DNA of 64,000 nt from Chlorokybus atmophyticus. Its lineage: Eukaryota > Plantae > Mesostigma and Chlorokybus algae. Shown piece by piece: positions 12,880 through 24,800 of the stretch. Under the pieces are notes generated by a model that was given only the letters and a program-made list of their open reading frames with translations, made no database searches and was not told the origin of the DNA. The stretch covers positions 1 through 64,000 of the forward strand of contig RHPI01003366.1 of NCBI GenBank assembly GCA_009103225.1, given 5' to 3'. The number at the start of each line of letters is the position of its first letter. The first letter of the stretch is position 1. Both the position numbers and the translations under genes were made by a program.

Positions 12880-15800
12880 TGTTGAGAGTCATTCCTACAT
12901 ACGATCAGCATGGACCCTCCACACAGGAGTAGAAGGTCGTAAGGACGAGCACTAGGTCCGGACTTAGCAAGATGGCGTCGTCGGACCAGACTCCGGACTC
13001 CAGACAAGAGCCTTACTAACTGCTTCGTATCTCCGCGTATACTTACTCATATTAGGCGTGTAAGAGCTTGTTGGAAAGCGCCGGTTGTAAAAAAGACAAC
13101 GCAGCTTAGAGCGCGTCAAAAGGCTGAGTATAACTTACGCAGTGCTTGCAAACGTAGACGTGTGTGTAACTGGCTGGTATAAGAACCAGCGGACAACTTG
13201 TAATAGATGAATGTGATGTGACTTGTGTATGCTCTGGTGGCGGTACCTCTGTCTCTGTGTGTCTATGCTTGCCTCAACTACATGTGCATGCTAGTCCTTC
13301 AACAGGTTATGGGCCCACACTACGCTTGAGGAGTGTGAGACTAGCTTGTGTGCATAGTAGTTCTACAGTACGGTAGCTTGTTGGTAGCAGAGCCTTGGGT
13401 GTCAACTGCAAGAAAGGCAGGCTCGACAAAAATGGAGGCGACCTACGACAAGGGGCAGATTGCAAAGCTGGACACCAACAACTACAACACATGGTGCGTG
13501 GAGATGAAGGCCTTGCTCATCCACAAGAAGGTGTGGAAGTACGTTGATCCAAAGGCACCACCACCAACCCCAGGAGCGAACACTGTGTGGTCAGAGCATT
13601 CAGCAGAAGCACACTCTTTGCTTGTGTTGACCTGCAAACCGCATCACTTTCCCATGCTCACTGCATGTGAAGATGGTAGACAAGCTTGGGAAAAGCTATC
13701 AGCCGTTTTCAGAGCCAAGAACAATGCCAGAAAGTTGCATCTACGCAAGCAGCTTAGCGCACTCAGGAAGGAGGCAGCAGAACCCATCACAAAGTATGTT
13801 GCGCGCGCGAGAGAGCTGTGGGCGGACCTCATCAACGTCGGCCACAACATGGGGGAGACGGAGGTAGTGCTGGCCATTGTTGCAGGGCTACCAGCAGAGT
13901 ACGAGGTCGTCGCAACCCTGCTGGAGACGTCATCATCGGAGTTGACGTTGGACGATGTGCTACCGAAGCTGCTCACCGTGGAGCAGAGGGTTGTGAAGAA
14001 GGACGAGCAAGCGGATGCCGTCGCCTTCTACACCGGCAAGCACGCAAAGAAGAGCAACCATGAAGAGAAGTACAAGGGCAACAAGCCAGGCAATCCTCGT
14101 CACAAAGACCTCACATGCCACTGGTGTGGTTGGAAGGGGCACATTGTGAAGGACTGTAGGAAGAAACAACAGGGGCAACCTAGAGCAAGCACCAGCAACA
14201 GCGGCAACGAGCACCAACACAAGGAGAAACATGTCGCCTTCACTGCATCCAGTTCGAGGGCGGGCACAGCTTTCTGGGTGGTGGACTCTGGCTGCGATCG
14301 TCATCTCACACCAAACAAGGAGGTGATGGAGGGCTACAGGAAGCTGACGTCCACAATCAAGGTGGCGGGCTTCGGTGGCGAAGTACTTGTGGCTGAGGGA
14401 GTTGGCACAGTACGACTCCAGTGCAAGGTTGGTAACACACTACGCGAGGTGTTGTTACGCAACGTTCTGCATGTCCCTAAGGCTATTGCGAGTCTATTCT
14501 CTGTGAGGGTTGCGGAGCGCTTAAGCGCGGAGATCCTATTCCGGAAGGGTGGCTGCACAGTCATCCTTGATGGGGTCGTGCACATGGTTGGAATCACTGA
14601 TCCGGGAGGGCTCTACCACGTGGAGCAGCACCAAAGGACATTGACATTCAAGCCATGGTGGTGAAGGACAAGGAGTCGCCAACATTGTGGCATCGAAGGT
14701 TCGGGCATCTCAGCTACGTCAACCTCACTCGCCTTGTCGCTGAGAAGATGATCAAGGGCATCCATCTCAGCACTGAAGAACTCAAGAAAGCATTAGGTGC
14801 ACTTTGTGAACCATGCCTGGCAAAGCAGCATGCTATGCCATTCCCATCATCCTCTTCAAGCAATCAGCATCCTTGCGAGCTTGTGCACATGGATGTCTGT
14901 GGCCCTATGCGCATTGTGGCGAAGGGAGGGGTCAGGTACTTTGCTACATTCCTCGACGACTGCAGCAAGCTATCCGTCATCTTTCCGTTGACACTGATGT
15001 CAGAAGTTGCTGGAGCTGTGCGCACAGTTGTGGCCTTGTTGGAGATCCAGTCTGGCAACAAGATGAAGGCAACGAGGAGTGATCGAGGAGGGGAGTACAT
15101 CAACAAGGAGTTGAAGGAGTTCTTCGCCAGCAAGGGCATACGCCACGAGACAATGGCACCCTACACCCCGCAGCAGAATGGAGCAGCTGAACGCCTCAAC
15201 AGGACACTCTTGGAGCGTGTTCGAGCCATGCTCAACGACACAAAGATAGAAGACAGTTTGTGGAAGGAGGCGGTACTCACTGCCAACTACATCCGCAACA
15301 GGTCTCCGGTGAGCTCAGAGCAGAAGACTCCGTGGGAGCACTTCTATGGAGCCACACCAGATGTGAGTGGTATGCGTGTGTTTGGATGCACGGCATATGC
15401 ACTAGTGCCTAAACAGCTCAGGCATAAGCTGGAGCCGGTCAGCAAGAAGGGCATCTTCGTTGGCTATGAACCGGGTTCCAAGGCTTACAGGATCTTGCTC
15501 GAGGACACTCAGAAGATCATCGTGAGCAGAGAGGTGGTTTGCCACGAGGGAGAATCACAACCAGCAGCAGGCTTCTTTCCTGAAGATGAAGCACAGCCGG
15601 AGCATTCTGAAACAGTGGAGGCTATAGGCAAGGCCATCATCAACAACAAGGGTGAGCAGGACTCAGCTGTAGCAGGCCAAGAGGAGCCGTACCATTAGCA
15701 GGAGCACGCAGCTCGGAGATACCCAGTGAGGGAGAGAAAGGCACCTGACTTCTTACACAAGGCACACGTCGCCAGTGTGCACAATGAAGAGCCAAGCACC

Positions 15801-17798
15801 TATGAGGAGGCATTGTTAGCACCAGATGCGGAGCAATGTCATCGTGCTATGGACGAGGAGATTGCGTCACTCCATGCCAACAACACTTGGTCACTGGAGC
15901 AGTTACCGCAAGGAGTGAAGACCATTCCAGTGAAATGGGTCTTCAAGGTGAAGCGTGATGGTCAGGGCAACATTGAGCGCTACAAGGCAAGACTGGTGGC
16001 AAAGGGCTTTTTGCAGCAGGAAGGTGTGGACTTCAACGAAGTGTTTGCACCTGCAAGTAAGCATACCACCTTCCGTGCACTGCTAGCTATGGTTGCTGCT
16101 GAAGACCAGCAGCTACATCACCTGGATGTGAAGACTGCCTTCCTCTACGGAGAGCTAGAGGAGGAGATCTTCATCGAGCAACCACCTGGATATGAAGAAG
16201 GGGAGAGAGGCACAGCGTGCAAGCTGATCAAGGCACTGTACGGGCTGCGACAGGCACCGCGTATGTGGCACATCAAGCTCACCAAGGAGCTGGAGGCACT
16301 TGGCTTCACCGCATCCTCTGCAGACCCTGGGCTATTCATCCATGCAGACAATAAGGTCTGGCCGCTCGTGTATGTGGATGATATTCTCATCGCCGCCAGG
16401 CAGGTGCACCACCTGCAGGAGACGAAACTTGCTCTACAGCAAGCATTCTCAGTTCGTGATCTTGGAGACGCCAAGTGGTTCCTTGGCATGGTAATTGAGC
16501 ACGACAGGGCTGCACGCACAATCAAGATCAGTCAGGAGCAGATGGTGAGAAGACTCGTCACCAAGTTTGGGCTCACTGAAGCGAAGACCAAGACCACACC
16601 GTTGGCACTTGGCACTGCCCTCATCAAGGCAAAGGATGAGGAGGTACTCGACAAGGCTCAGTATCCATATGGTGAGCTGGTAGGCAGCATGCTCTATCTG
16701 GCAGTGTGCACACGTCCCGATGTTGCACATGCTGTGGGAGTACTTGCTCGCTACATGTCTGCACCGAGCATGGAGCACTGGAGAGCAGCAAAGGGAGTAC
16801 TACGCTATGTTGCTGGGAGCGCAACAGTTGGCATCAAGTTTGGGAGCGGGAGCACTGAGTTGGAGGGCTACTGCGACTCGGACTTTGCTGGTGACCCCAA
16901 CAGCAGGAGGTCCACTACAGGCTACGTCTTCAAGCTAAACGGAAGCGTGGTGAGCTGGAACAGCAGGCTGCAGCCAACAACAGCAGCATCTACATCAGAG
17001 GCTCGGCAAGGACGAAGTACATGGCAGCGGCAGCAGCAGTGAAGGAGGCACTCTGGCTTCGCAAGCTCGTGGCAAACTTCGAGCACCCCATGTCGTGCAT
17101 CGTCATCAACTGTGACAACCAAGGAGCCATCAAGTTGTTGAAGCACCCTATCGCCTCAGCAAGGACGAAGCACATTGATGTCATGCATCACTTTGTGCGT
17201 GACAGAGTCACAAGGAAGGAGGTGGAGTTCCAGTACTGCAACACTGAGGGCATGCTGGCGGACTTCATGACAAAGCCATTGTCACCGCTCAAGTTCAAGA
17301 CTTGTTGCGCAGGACTTGGCATCTGTGTTTGACTACAGGAGCAAGCGTTGGAGGTCAAGCTGCTCGCGTGGGAGTGTTGAGAGTATTCCTACATACGATC
17401 AGCATCGACCCTCCACACAGGAGTAGAAGGTCGTAAGGACGAGCACTAGGTCCGGACTTAGCAAGATGGCATCGTCGGACCAGACTCCGGACTCCAGACA
17501 AGAGCCTTACTAACTGCTTCGTATCTCCGCGTATACTTACTCATATTAGGCGTGTAAGAGCTTGTTGGAAAGCGCCGGTTGTAAAAAAGACAACGCAGCT
17601 TAGAGCGCGTCAAAAGGCTGAGTATAACTTACGCAGTGCTTGCAAACGTAGACGTGTGTGTAACTGGCTGGTATAAGAACCAGCGGAAAACTTGTAATAG
17701 ATAAATGTGATGTGACTTGTGTATGCTCTGGTGGCGGTAGCTCTGTCTCTGTGTGTCTATGCTTGCCTCAACTACATGTGCATGCTAGTCCTTTAACA
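12880..17798 (+). mobile_element. Ty1/copia LTR retrotransposon (family B), full length, TSD CACAC
   Basis: LTRs 12880-13304 and 17375-17798 (TG...CA; about 6 substitutions plus 1 indel by eye). PBS GGTTATGGGCCCA at 13305. CACAC at 12875-12879 and 17799-17803. Confidence 0.95.
13432..17332 (+). pseudogene. Copia gag-pol polyprotein with three frameshifts
   Basis: ORFs 13348, 14655, 15726 and 17021 give a gag zinc knuckle (CHWCGWKGHIVKDC), protease (VVDSGC), integrase, RT (YVDD) and RNaseH in copia order. Frameshifts near 14660, 15700 and 17005. Confidence 0.93.
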
Positions 17799-18599
17799 CA
17801 CACATCCGACCGTCAGCTGGCAGCGCATGTTGTCAGGATGCATGTGATAGCACGTTTGGTATTCGCTGCCACTTGAACAGGCTTAACACGGAATTTTTTC
17901 CACGGACCAGCCCTGGTCCGCACGTATGGACCAGGGCCAAAACGCCCGAGCGGCTTGGGGTTCGGACCAGGGTCGCCCGCCTTGGTCTGCACACGCGGAC
18001 CAGGGTTGGTCCAAACAGTACGTAATTGTCCCACGGTCCCCCAAAAAACTGGGCCAGCCCTGGTTGCTGTTATCTTGACGAGCGCAATGGGACCAATGCT
18101 GGTCTGCCATGCGTGTTGCTGCATGCACCAAGGATGGTCCGCTCTTGGCACAGTTCTATAGAAAGCATCACCACTACTGGTCCCGAGTAGCAGAACCATC
18201 CTTGGTTCGCACTGTGGGACCATGCATGGTCTACTTGTATCTTAATGTCTAGCCCAGATGGTCTGCAAGGATGGTCCGGACTAGTGGGACCAACCATGGC
18301 TCTGCTGGCGGGACTATGCCTAGTCTACACCCAACCATTTTTTTGTACCAGCCGAATCTCACTGCATTGGTCCATGCTTGCATCCAGGGACCAGCATTGG
18401 TGCACGACACCCGCTGACATCTTGCACCAATGCTGGTCTATGACCCATGCACCAGCAATTCACGGTAACCCATTCTATTATATAGTGCGTGTCTGGCAAT
18501 CAGCGAGACCTGCAAAGTGTCAAACATCTATGCTAACTACAGCAGTGTTCTCATAGCTACTAACATCACCAGCACTCATAGCCTGCCTATGATGAGACT

Positions 18600-21450
18600 G
18601 AGCGCATGCTGCGCACACCACGTGATCTCGGCGCTGCACGCACACGTTCCTTCTGTTTCATACTTTGCTCCATACTTGCAATTATAGACGGCCTTTCAGA
18701 TGCACGAGTGCACGCCGCGCCTGCGCCAACAACAGATTGTCGTAGACACTGCGCGCGCACACTGCATATGAGCAACACCGCAACTGTAGAACACAATGTA
18801 CATTTCTTAAAGAATAGACACGTAACAGTAGCAACATGCAACAGTTGCAACTTTGCACATCTTTGATACCTATCATTTGGAGGATGCCGTTGTGCTCAGC
18901 TCCCATCGCCCCATGAAGCGGAACCTCTTGGGCTCAGGCGTTTCACTTTCATCCGACATGCCTGCATTCACAATGAGTGGCAAATGTGTACAATTACATA
19001 CACAGAGACCAGACTGCTCGTACATGGCACTATTAGCTTACAGCTTACCAGCTTACGAGCATACCCCATAGACTGCATTGTGACACTGTGCATTGGTCAC
19101 AGCTATCAAGCCTATGAGCGGTCTATAAGCTCAAAACATACCTGGCCGTTTCCTCGTGTTTATCCAGCCCAGCTGACCACCCTGCGTTGGGTCTTTGCCC
19201 AGCCACTTCTTTTTCATTGCAAACTGCACAACCGCTTGCATGATACGCTGTGTTGGAATGCTGTCCATCCGGGCCTGGTCTCGAAAGGGAAGAGGTGCCA
19301 CGCTCTCCACCAGCGCCACCTGCTTCTTCCGCCAGAATTCCCATTGGCCGGCCAACCTGCGCCCTAATAGGTGTTTGCTCAGTGCCACAGCACACAGCCG
19401 CCAGCATCTTCAGCTTCTCATCATCTACTGAAACCTCGCGGTCCTGCATGGGCACATCATCAGCACAACCAGCAAGCACTTGAAACAAGAGATTGCGAGC
19501 ACATAGCTGACAAACCTAATCGTCTTGCTGCGCATTGGTGTTCAGTTCTTCACATACTCTCGCCTGGCATTCCCCCATCCGGACGTGCCTATTGCAGCTG
19601 CATTCACCGTTTTCACAAACGCAGGTGCCCATCTGGCTCATGAACATAAGTGGCCACTCAACCGTCACGCTTTGCACTCCATCAGTTGTCAGTGTCATAG
19701 GCGGTTCACATGTGCACACTTTAGCCAACTACACGCGACGCACGTCTCGCACTTGATGACATGCAGTGACAAAAGCATAGACTGTGCGTGACTGACAATC
19801 ACCAACTTACCTCCAGCTCGGCGCGTGTGTAATGATCTGGTGTCTTGCCATGCATGAGCCTTTGTGACCTGATAGGTATGAACGGTCGCACGCTGTCGTC
19901 CTCCACGCAAAACATTGGCAGCCAATTAATGATCTGCACGCTGTATGTGCGGCAGGGCTCATCCACCTTGGCAATCTCAAGGATGGTGGCGATGGCCACG
20001 GGCACACATGGGTCTTCACGACTTGAGGATTGCATATCGATGTCAAAGACTTTGTCTCGATCGTAATCGTCTGCATGTTTGCACCTCATGAACAGGCATC
20101 TTGTTAGATAACACAACACAACAGCTGTACAATTAGCTTGCTTCACTTCTAGTGGAGTTGTCACAGTTTAGGGTTGCAATCATACATGCGCGCACACTGT
20201 CCTTACCTGAATTTGAGCCAAGTAGCCCGCAGCACGTCATCTGGAAGGGGCCCGTCGCTCAAGGGGCACCACAAAACGACTTTCTGCAAAGGGCTGTAAT
20301 CGTCAGGGCTGAAAACTCTGCCCCACCCTACAGACCGGCGACGAGCAGCTGTGCCGTGTTTGGCAGTTCGCTCTGCTTCTCGAGCATGCGCACGGAGCTG
20401 GACCCGCTGCTCCCTCGACTGTCCTTGGCGTTCACCTCGTTCTTCTTTAACGCCCCTCCGATAAGTCCATTGGCGTTGTATGAAATATGCCCAGATGTGC
20501 TCTGCCAAGCAAAAGTTATAAGGATGTCCACGTATTCAAAAAGCTGCTTTGGTCTCATAAGCTGGCACCGTCCAAGGCACTCTACGACTTATGCATTTCC
20601 ATAGCTGAGACCGTAGGACTCATAGGTACTGTCCAGTGTCTACGACTTATGCACTTCATTGCTGTGACCTAAAGACTCATAGGCACTGTCCAGTGTCTAC
20701 AAAATATGCAATCCATTACTTCTAGATGCTCATAGGCACTGTTGTCAGCGTCTACGACGTATGCATTCCATTGCTGAGACCAAAGGACTTATAGGCACTG
20801 TCCAGTGTCTACGACTTATGCAATCGATTGCTGAGACCTAAGGACTCATAGGCACTGTCCAGTGTTCCAGCTTGACAAACAGTAATTGACCAACAGTGGC
20901 ACCACTAACCAGTAGCAAAAACAGCTGGATATACATGAAGACTAGCTGAATTCAGCTGAACAGCAAGCCATCTATGTCAAGTAGCGTGACAACTCGGCAA
21001 GTAGCGTGATATTAACTGACTTGCAACAGTGGCAACACTGACCAGCAGCAACAACAGCTTGAGGGCTAGCAAAGCTGTATACATGAATACGGGCTAGTTT
21101 CACCTGAACAGTTACCGATCTACACACAAGGCATTCAGAGCAAACCTTCACAGAAAACAACTGACCTCTGGACATGCGGAGCTCTATGCCTTCCCCAAAC
21201 ACTAGAGGCTCCAGCTCCGGCTCCAACTCCTAACAGAACCTCTCCAGCTTGGCAATGCTGGCCTGCGCTGCATAATCCTTGCTCCGCTTGTCGAAATTCA
21301 CCTCCTTCCAACCTGGACCAGGGATTTGCTCCCACTGTTGAGCTTGTTGGTGAACTTGTCCATGTTTCGCACATGGGTGGGGTGCACAGAGGAAAAGTTG
21401 TCCCTCAGGAACCTGTCCCCAGTTTTCTGGCCGTTGTTGCCACTGCGGTC
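18600..21450 (-). pseudogene. Unknown multi-exon protein inside the CMC element (degenerate)
   Basis: Protein-like fragments: WQQRPENWGQVPEGQLFLCAPHPC...ERFC*ELEPELEPLVFG (21450-21160), EHIWAYFIQRQWTYRR... (20508-20203), KVFDIDMQ...IINWLPMF (~20050-19900) and GQWEFWRKKQVALVESVAPLPF (~19350). No family recognised; boundaries approximate. Confidence 0.4.
20575..20875 (+). repeat. Minisatellite of ~50-60 bp units (GACTCATAGGCACTGTCCAGTGTCTACGACTTATGCA), about 5 copies
   Basis: Direct reading of the tandem units. Reverse-complement arrays occur at 33860-34080, ~35570-35650 and 37020-37210. Confidence 0.9.
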
Positions 21451-21879
21451 ACCAATGTTACACTATGCACAAAGCACCTAAGCATCCAGGTAACAAAGCT
21501 CACACAGCAGTCTATAGCACGAGAGTCTATAGCACGCAACTTATTGCAGCTGCGATAACCAGTGCCGAAGTCATACTGCGCACAACACACAACGCACGAC
21601 ACATGCGCACAACGCACGCGCGAGCGAACAAAACTTCCAAATGACGGAATCTGACAACAAACACTTCCAAATGAATCAACTTCCAGTACCTGTGTGACCT
21701 AGGGTTCGTCGAAGCGGCCTATGCGGTCCCCTGTGACCTAGGGTTCATCGGAGCGGCCTATGCGCCTGTCTCGCCACCGGCAGCCTGATGTTTGGTGTGC
21801 CTAAGGTAGTTCTGGCGGTGCTGGCGGAGGTGTGGTAGCGGAGCGCTGGCTTGTGTTGCACAAGAGTGTTATCCAGTGC

Positions 21880-24800
21880 TATTGAAGAAGCTAGCAACAC
21901 ATGTAGCTAAGGCTGACGCCTGACATGCACACACACAACTCTACAGCTGCGAGAGCATACACAAGAGCAACACTTTCACTTGATTACAACTCAGTCATGG
22001 GTTTTTATACCCGCTGCTTGTACACCTGTCTACTCTAGAAGCAACTGTGTACGCTACACGTCATCTTTTATCATGAACTCAACTGCATGACGTAGCTAAC
22101 TTCAAGACCTTTCTAACAAGCTAAGCCACGCGCCAAACGGTGACGTTTTCACCAAGTTATGACTGTTCTTGTGCGCGCCTGAAAGTCGCGCCTGGAACCT
22201 TCTCTTCGACTGGAGTCTCCGCCTAGTACCTTCTCGAATGGTGTCCGCGCCTGGAACCTTCTGGCGGCCAAACCTTCGGAGTTGACGCCTATGCCTATAT
22301 GGAGGGCAAGGCTGACCGGATATAGAAAATATCCTCAACACTCCCACGCGGGCAGCTTGTCCTCAAGCCTTGAGTCTCTGCTCCTGCATGATCACATGCA
22401 AATGCCAAGTCTTGCACAACACGCCTGAAACTTGCTCGGTGACAACGCCTTTGTCATGAAGTCCGCAAGCATGGCCTCGGTGTTGCAATAGTGGAATACG
22501 GCCTCCTTCCTTGTGACTCTGTCACGGACAAAGTGATGCATGACATCAATGTGCTTTGTCCTTGCTGAGGCGATGGGATGCTTCAGCAACTTGATGGCGC
22601 CTTGGTTGTCGCAGTGGATTGGAATGCACGCCTTTGGGTGCTTCAGATCTGCCATCAGCTTGCGAAGCCATAATGCCTCCTTTGTAGCTGCTGCTGCTGC
22701 CATGTACTCAGCCTCTGAAGTGGATGCCGCTGTAGTTGGCTGCAGCCTGCTGTTCCAGCTCACAATGCCTCCGTTCAACTTGAAGACATAGCCAGTGGTG
22801 GACCTCCTGCTGTCGAGGTCGCCTGCAAAGTCTGAATCGCAGTAGCCCTCCAACTCTGAGCTCCCGTTCCCAAACTTGATGCCAATAGTTGCACTCCCAG
22901 CAACATAGCGAAGTACACCCTTTGCAGCCTTCCAATGCTCCATGCTCGGTGCAGACATGTAGCGAGCAAGGACTCCAACAGCATGTGCAATGTCTGGACG
23001 TGTGCACACTGCTAGATAGAGCATGCTGCCTACCAGTTCACCGTAGGGGTACTTGGCCTTGTCAAGAACCTCCTCATCCTTTGCCTTGACGAGGTGGGTG
23101 CCGAGTGCAAGTGGAGTAGACTTGGTCTTTGCCTCCTTGAGCCCGAACTTGGTGACAAGTTTCTTCACCATCTGCTCTTGACTGATCTTGATGGTGCGCG
23201 CCGTTCTGTCGCGCTCAATCACCATGCCAAGGAACCACTTGGCCTCTCCAAGATCACGCACTGAGAACGCCTGCTGCAGTGCCTTCTTTGTCTCTTCCAA
23301 GTCCTTCATGTGCTTGGCGGTCATGATGATGTCATCCACGTACACCAACAGGTACACCTTCTTCTCAGAGTGGAAGAAGAGTCCAGGGTCTGCTAAGGAC
23401 GCCTGAAAGCCAAGTGCCTCCAACTCCTTGGTGAGGCGGATGTGCCACATGCGTGGTGCCTGTCTCAGCCCATACAACGCCTTGATGAGCTTGCAAACAG
23501 TGCCTGGCTCCCCTTCTTCATATCCTGGTGGTTGTTGGATGTAGATCTCTTCCTCAAGCTCTCCGTAGAGGAAGGCAGTCTTCACGTCAAGGTGGTGAAG
23601 CTCCAAGTCTTCAGCCGCAACCATGGCAAGCAATGTGCGGAATGTGGCATGCTTACTTGCAGGCGCGAAGACCTCGTTGAAGTCCACGCCTTCTTGTTGC
23701 AAGAAGCCCTTTGCCACCAGCCTTGCCTTGTAGCGCTCTATGTTGCCTTGACCGTCTCTCTTCACCTTGAAGACCCACTTGACAGGGATTGGTTTCTCGC
23801 CTAAAGGTAGCTTCTCTAGTACCCAGGTCTGGTTGGCATGGAGTGACGCGATCTCCTCGTCCATGGCTTGCTGCCACTGCTCTGCATAAGGTGCTTGTAG
23901 TGCCTCCTGGTATGTACTTGGCTCCTCTGTGCTGTCTCCTTCTTGGCACACGCCTGCAAGTGCCTTGTGGTAGAAGTCAGGACGCTTTCTTTCTCTCTCA
24001 GGATAGCGACGAACAGGCGCCTGCTGCTGCTCGCCTGAAGACCTTTCAGGCGGCGCCTGAAAGTCCTCTGTGATGATGTCTGCCTCGCCTAAAGCCTCCA
24101 CTCTGTCAGGAACGGCTTGTGGCTGTGCCTCATCTTCATCTTTTGGAAAGAAGCCCGCTTCTGGTAGTGACCCCTCGTGGAACACCACCTCTCTGCTGGC
24201 GATGATCTTGTGGCTTTCCTCCAGCAAGATCCTGTACGCCTTTGAGCCTGGTTCGTAGCCAACAAAGACTCCCTTCTTGCTGACTGGCTCCAACTTGTGC
24301 CGTAGTTGCTTTGGCACTAGTGCATATGCCGTGCAACCAAACACACGCATACCACTCACATCTGGTGCAGCTCCATAGAAGAGCTCCCACGGTGTCTTCT
24401 GATCAGAGCTCACAGGTGACCGATTGCGGATGTAGTTGGCGGTAAGGACGGCCTCCTTCCACAGAGAGTCCTCCAACTTGCAATCGTTGAGCATAGCCCG
24501 CACGCGCTCCAACAGGGTCCGGTTCAGGCGTTCAGCCGCTCCGTTTTGCTGTGGAGTGTAGGGCGCCGTTGTCTCATGCCTTATGCCTTTGCTGGCGAAG
24601 AAGTCCTTGAGCTGGGCGTTGATGTACTCCCCTCCTCGATCACTGCGCATTGCCTTCATCTTCTTGCCTGATTGTGTCTCCAGCAATGCCACGACGTTGC
24701 GCACAGCTCCTTCAACTTCCGACTTCAGAGATAGCGGATAGATGATAGACAGCTTGCTGTAGTCGTCGAGGAAAGTTGCAAAGTACCTTACCCCTCCCTT

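Noticed and set aside
20575-20875. CRISPR-like array
   Set aside because: The units are degenerate tandem copies without unique spacers, there are no cas genes, and the context is eukaryotic and intronic.
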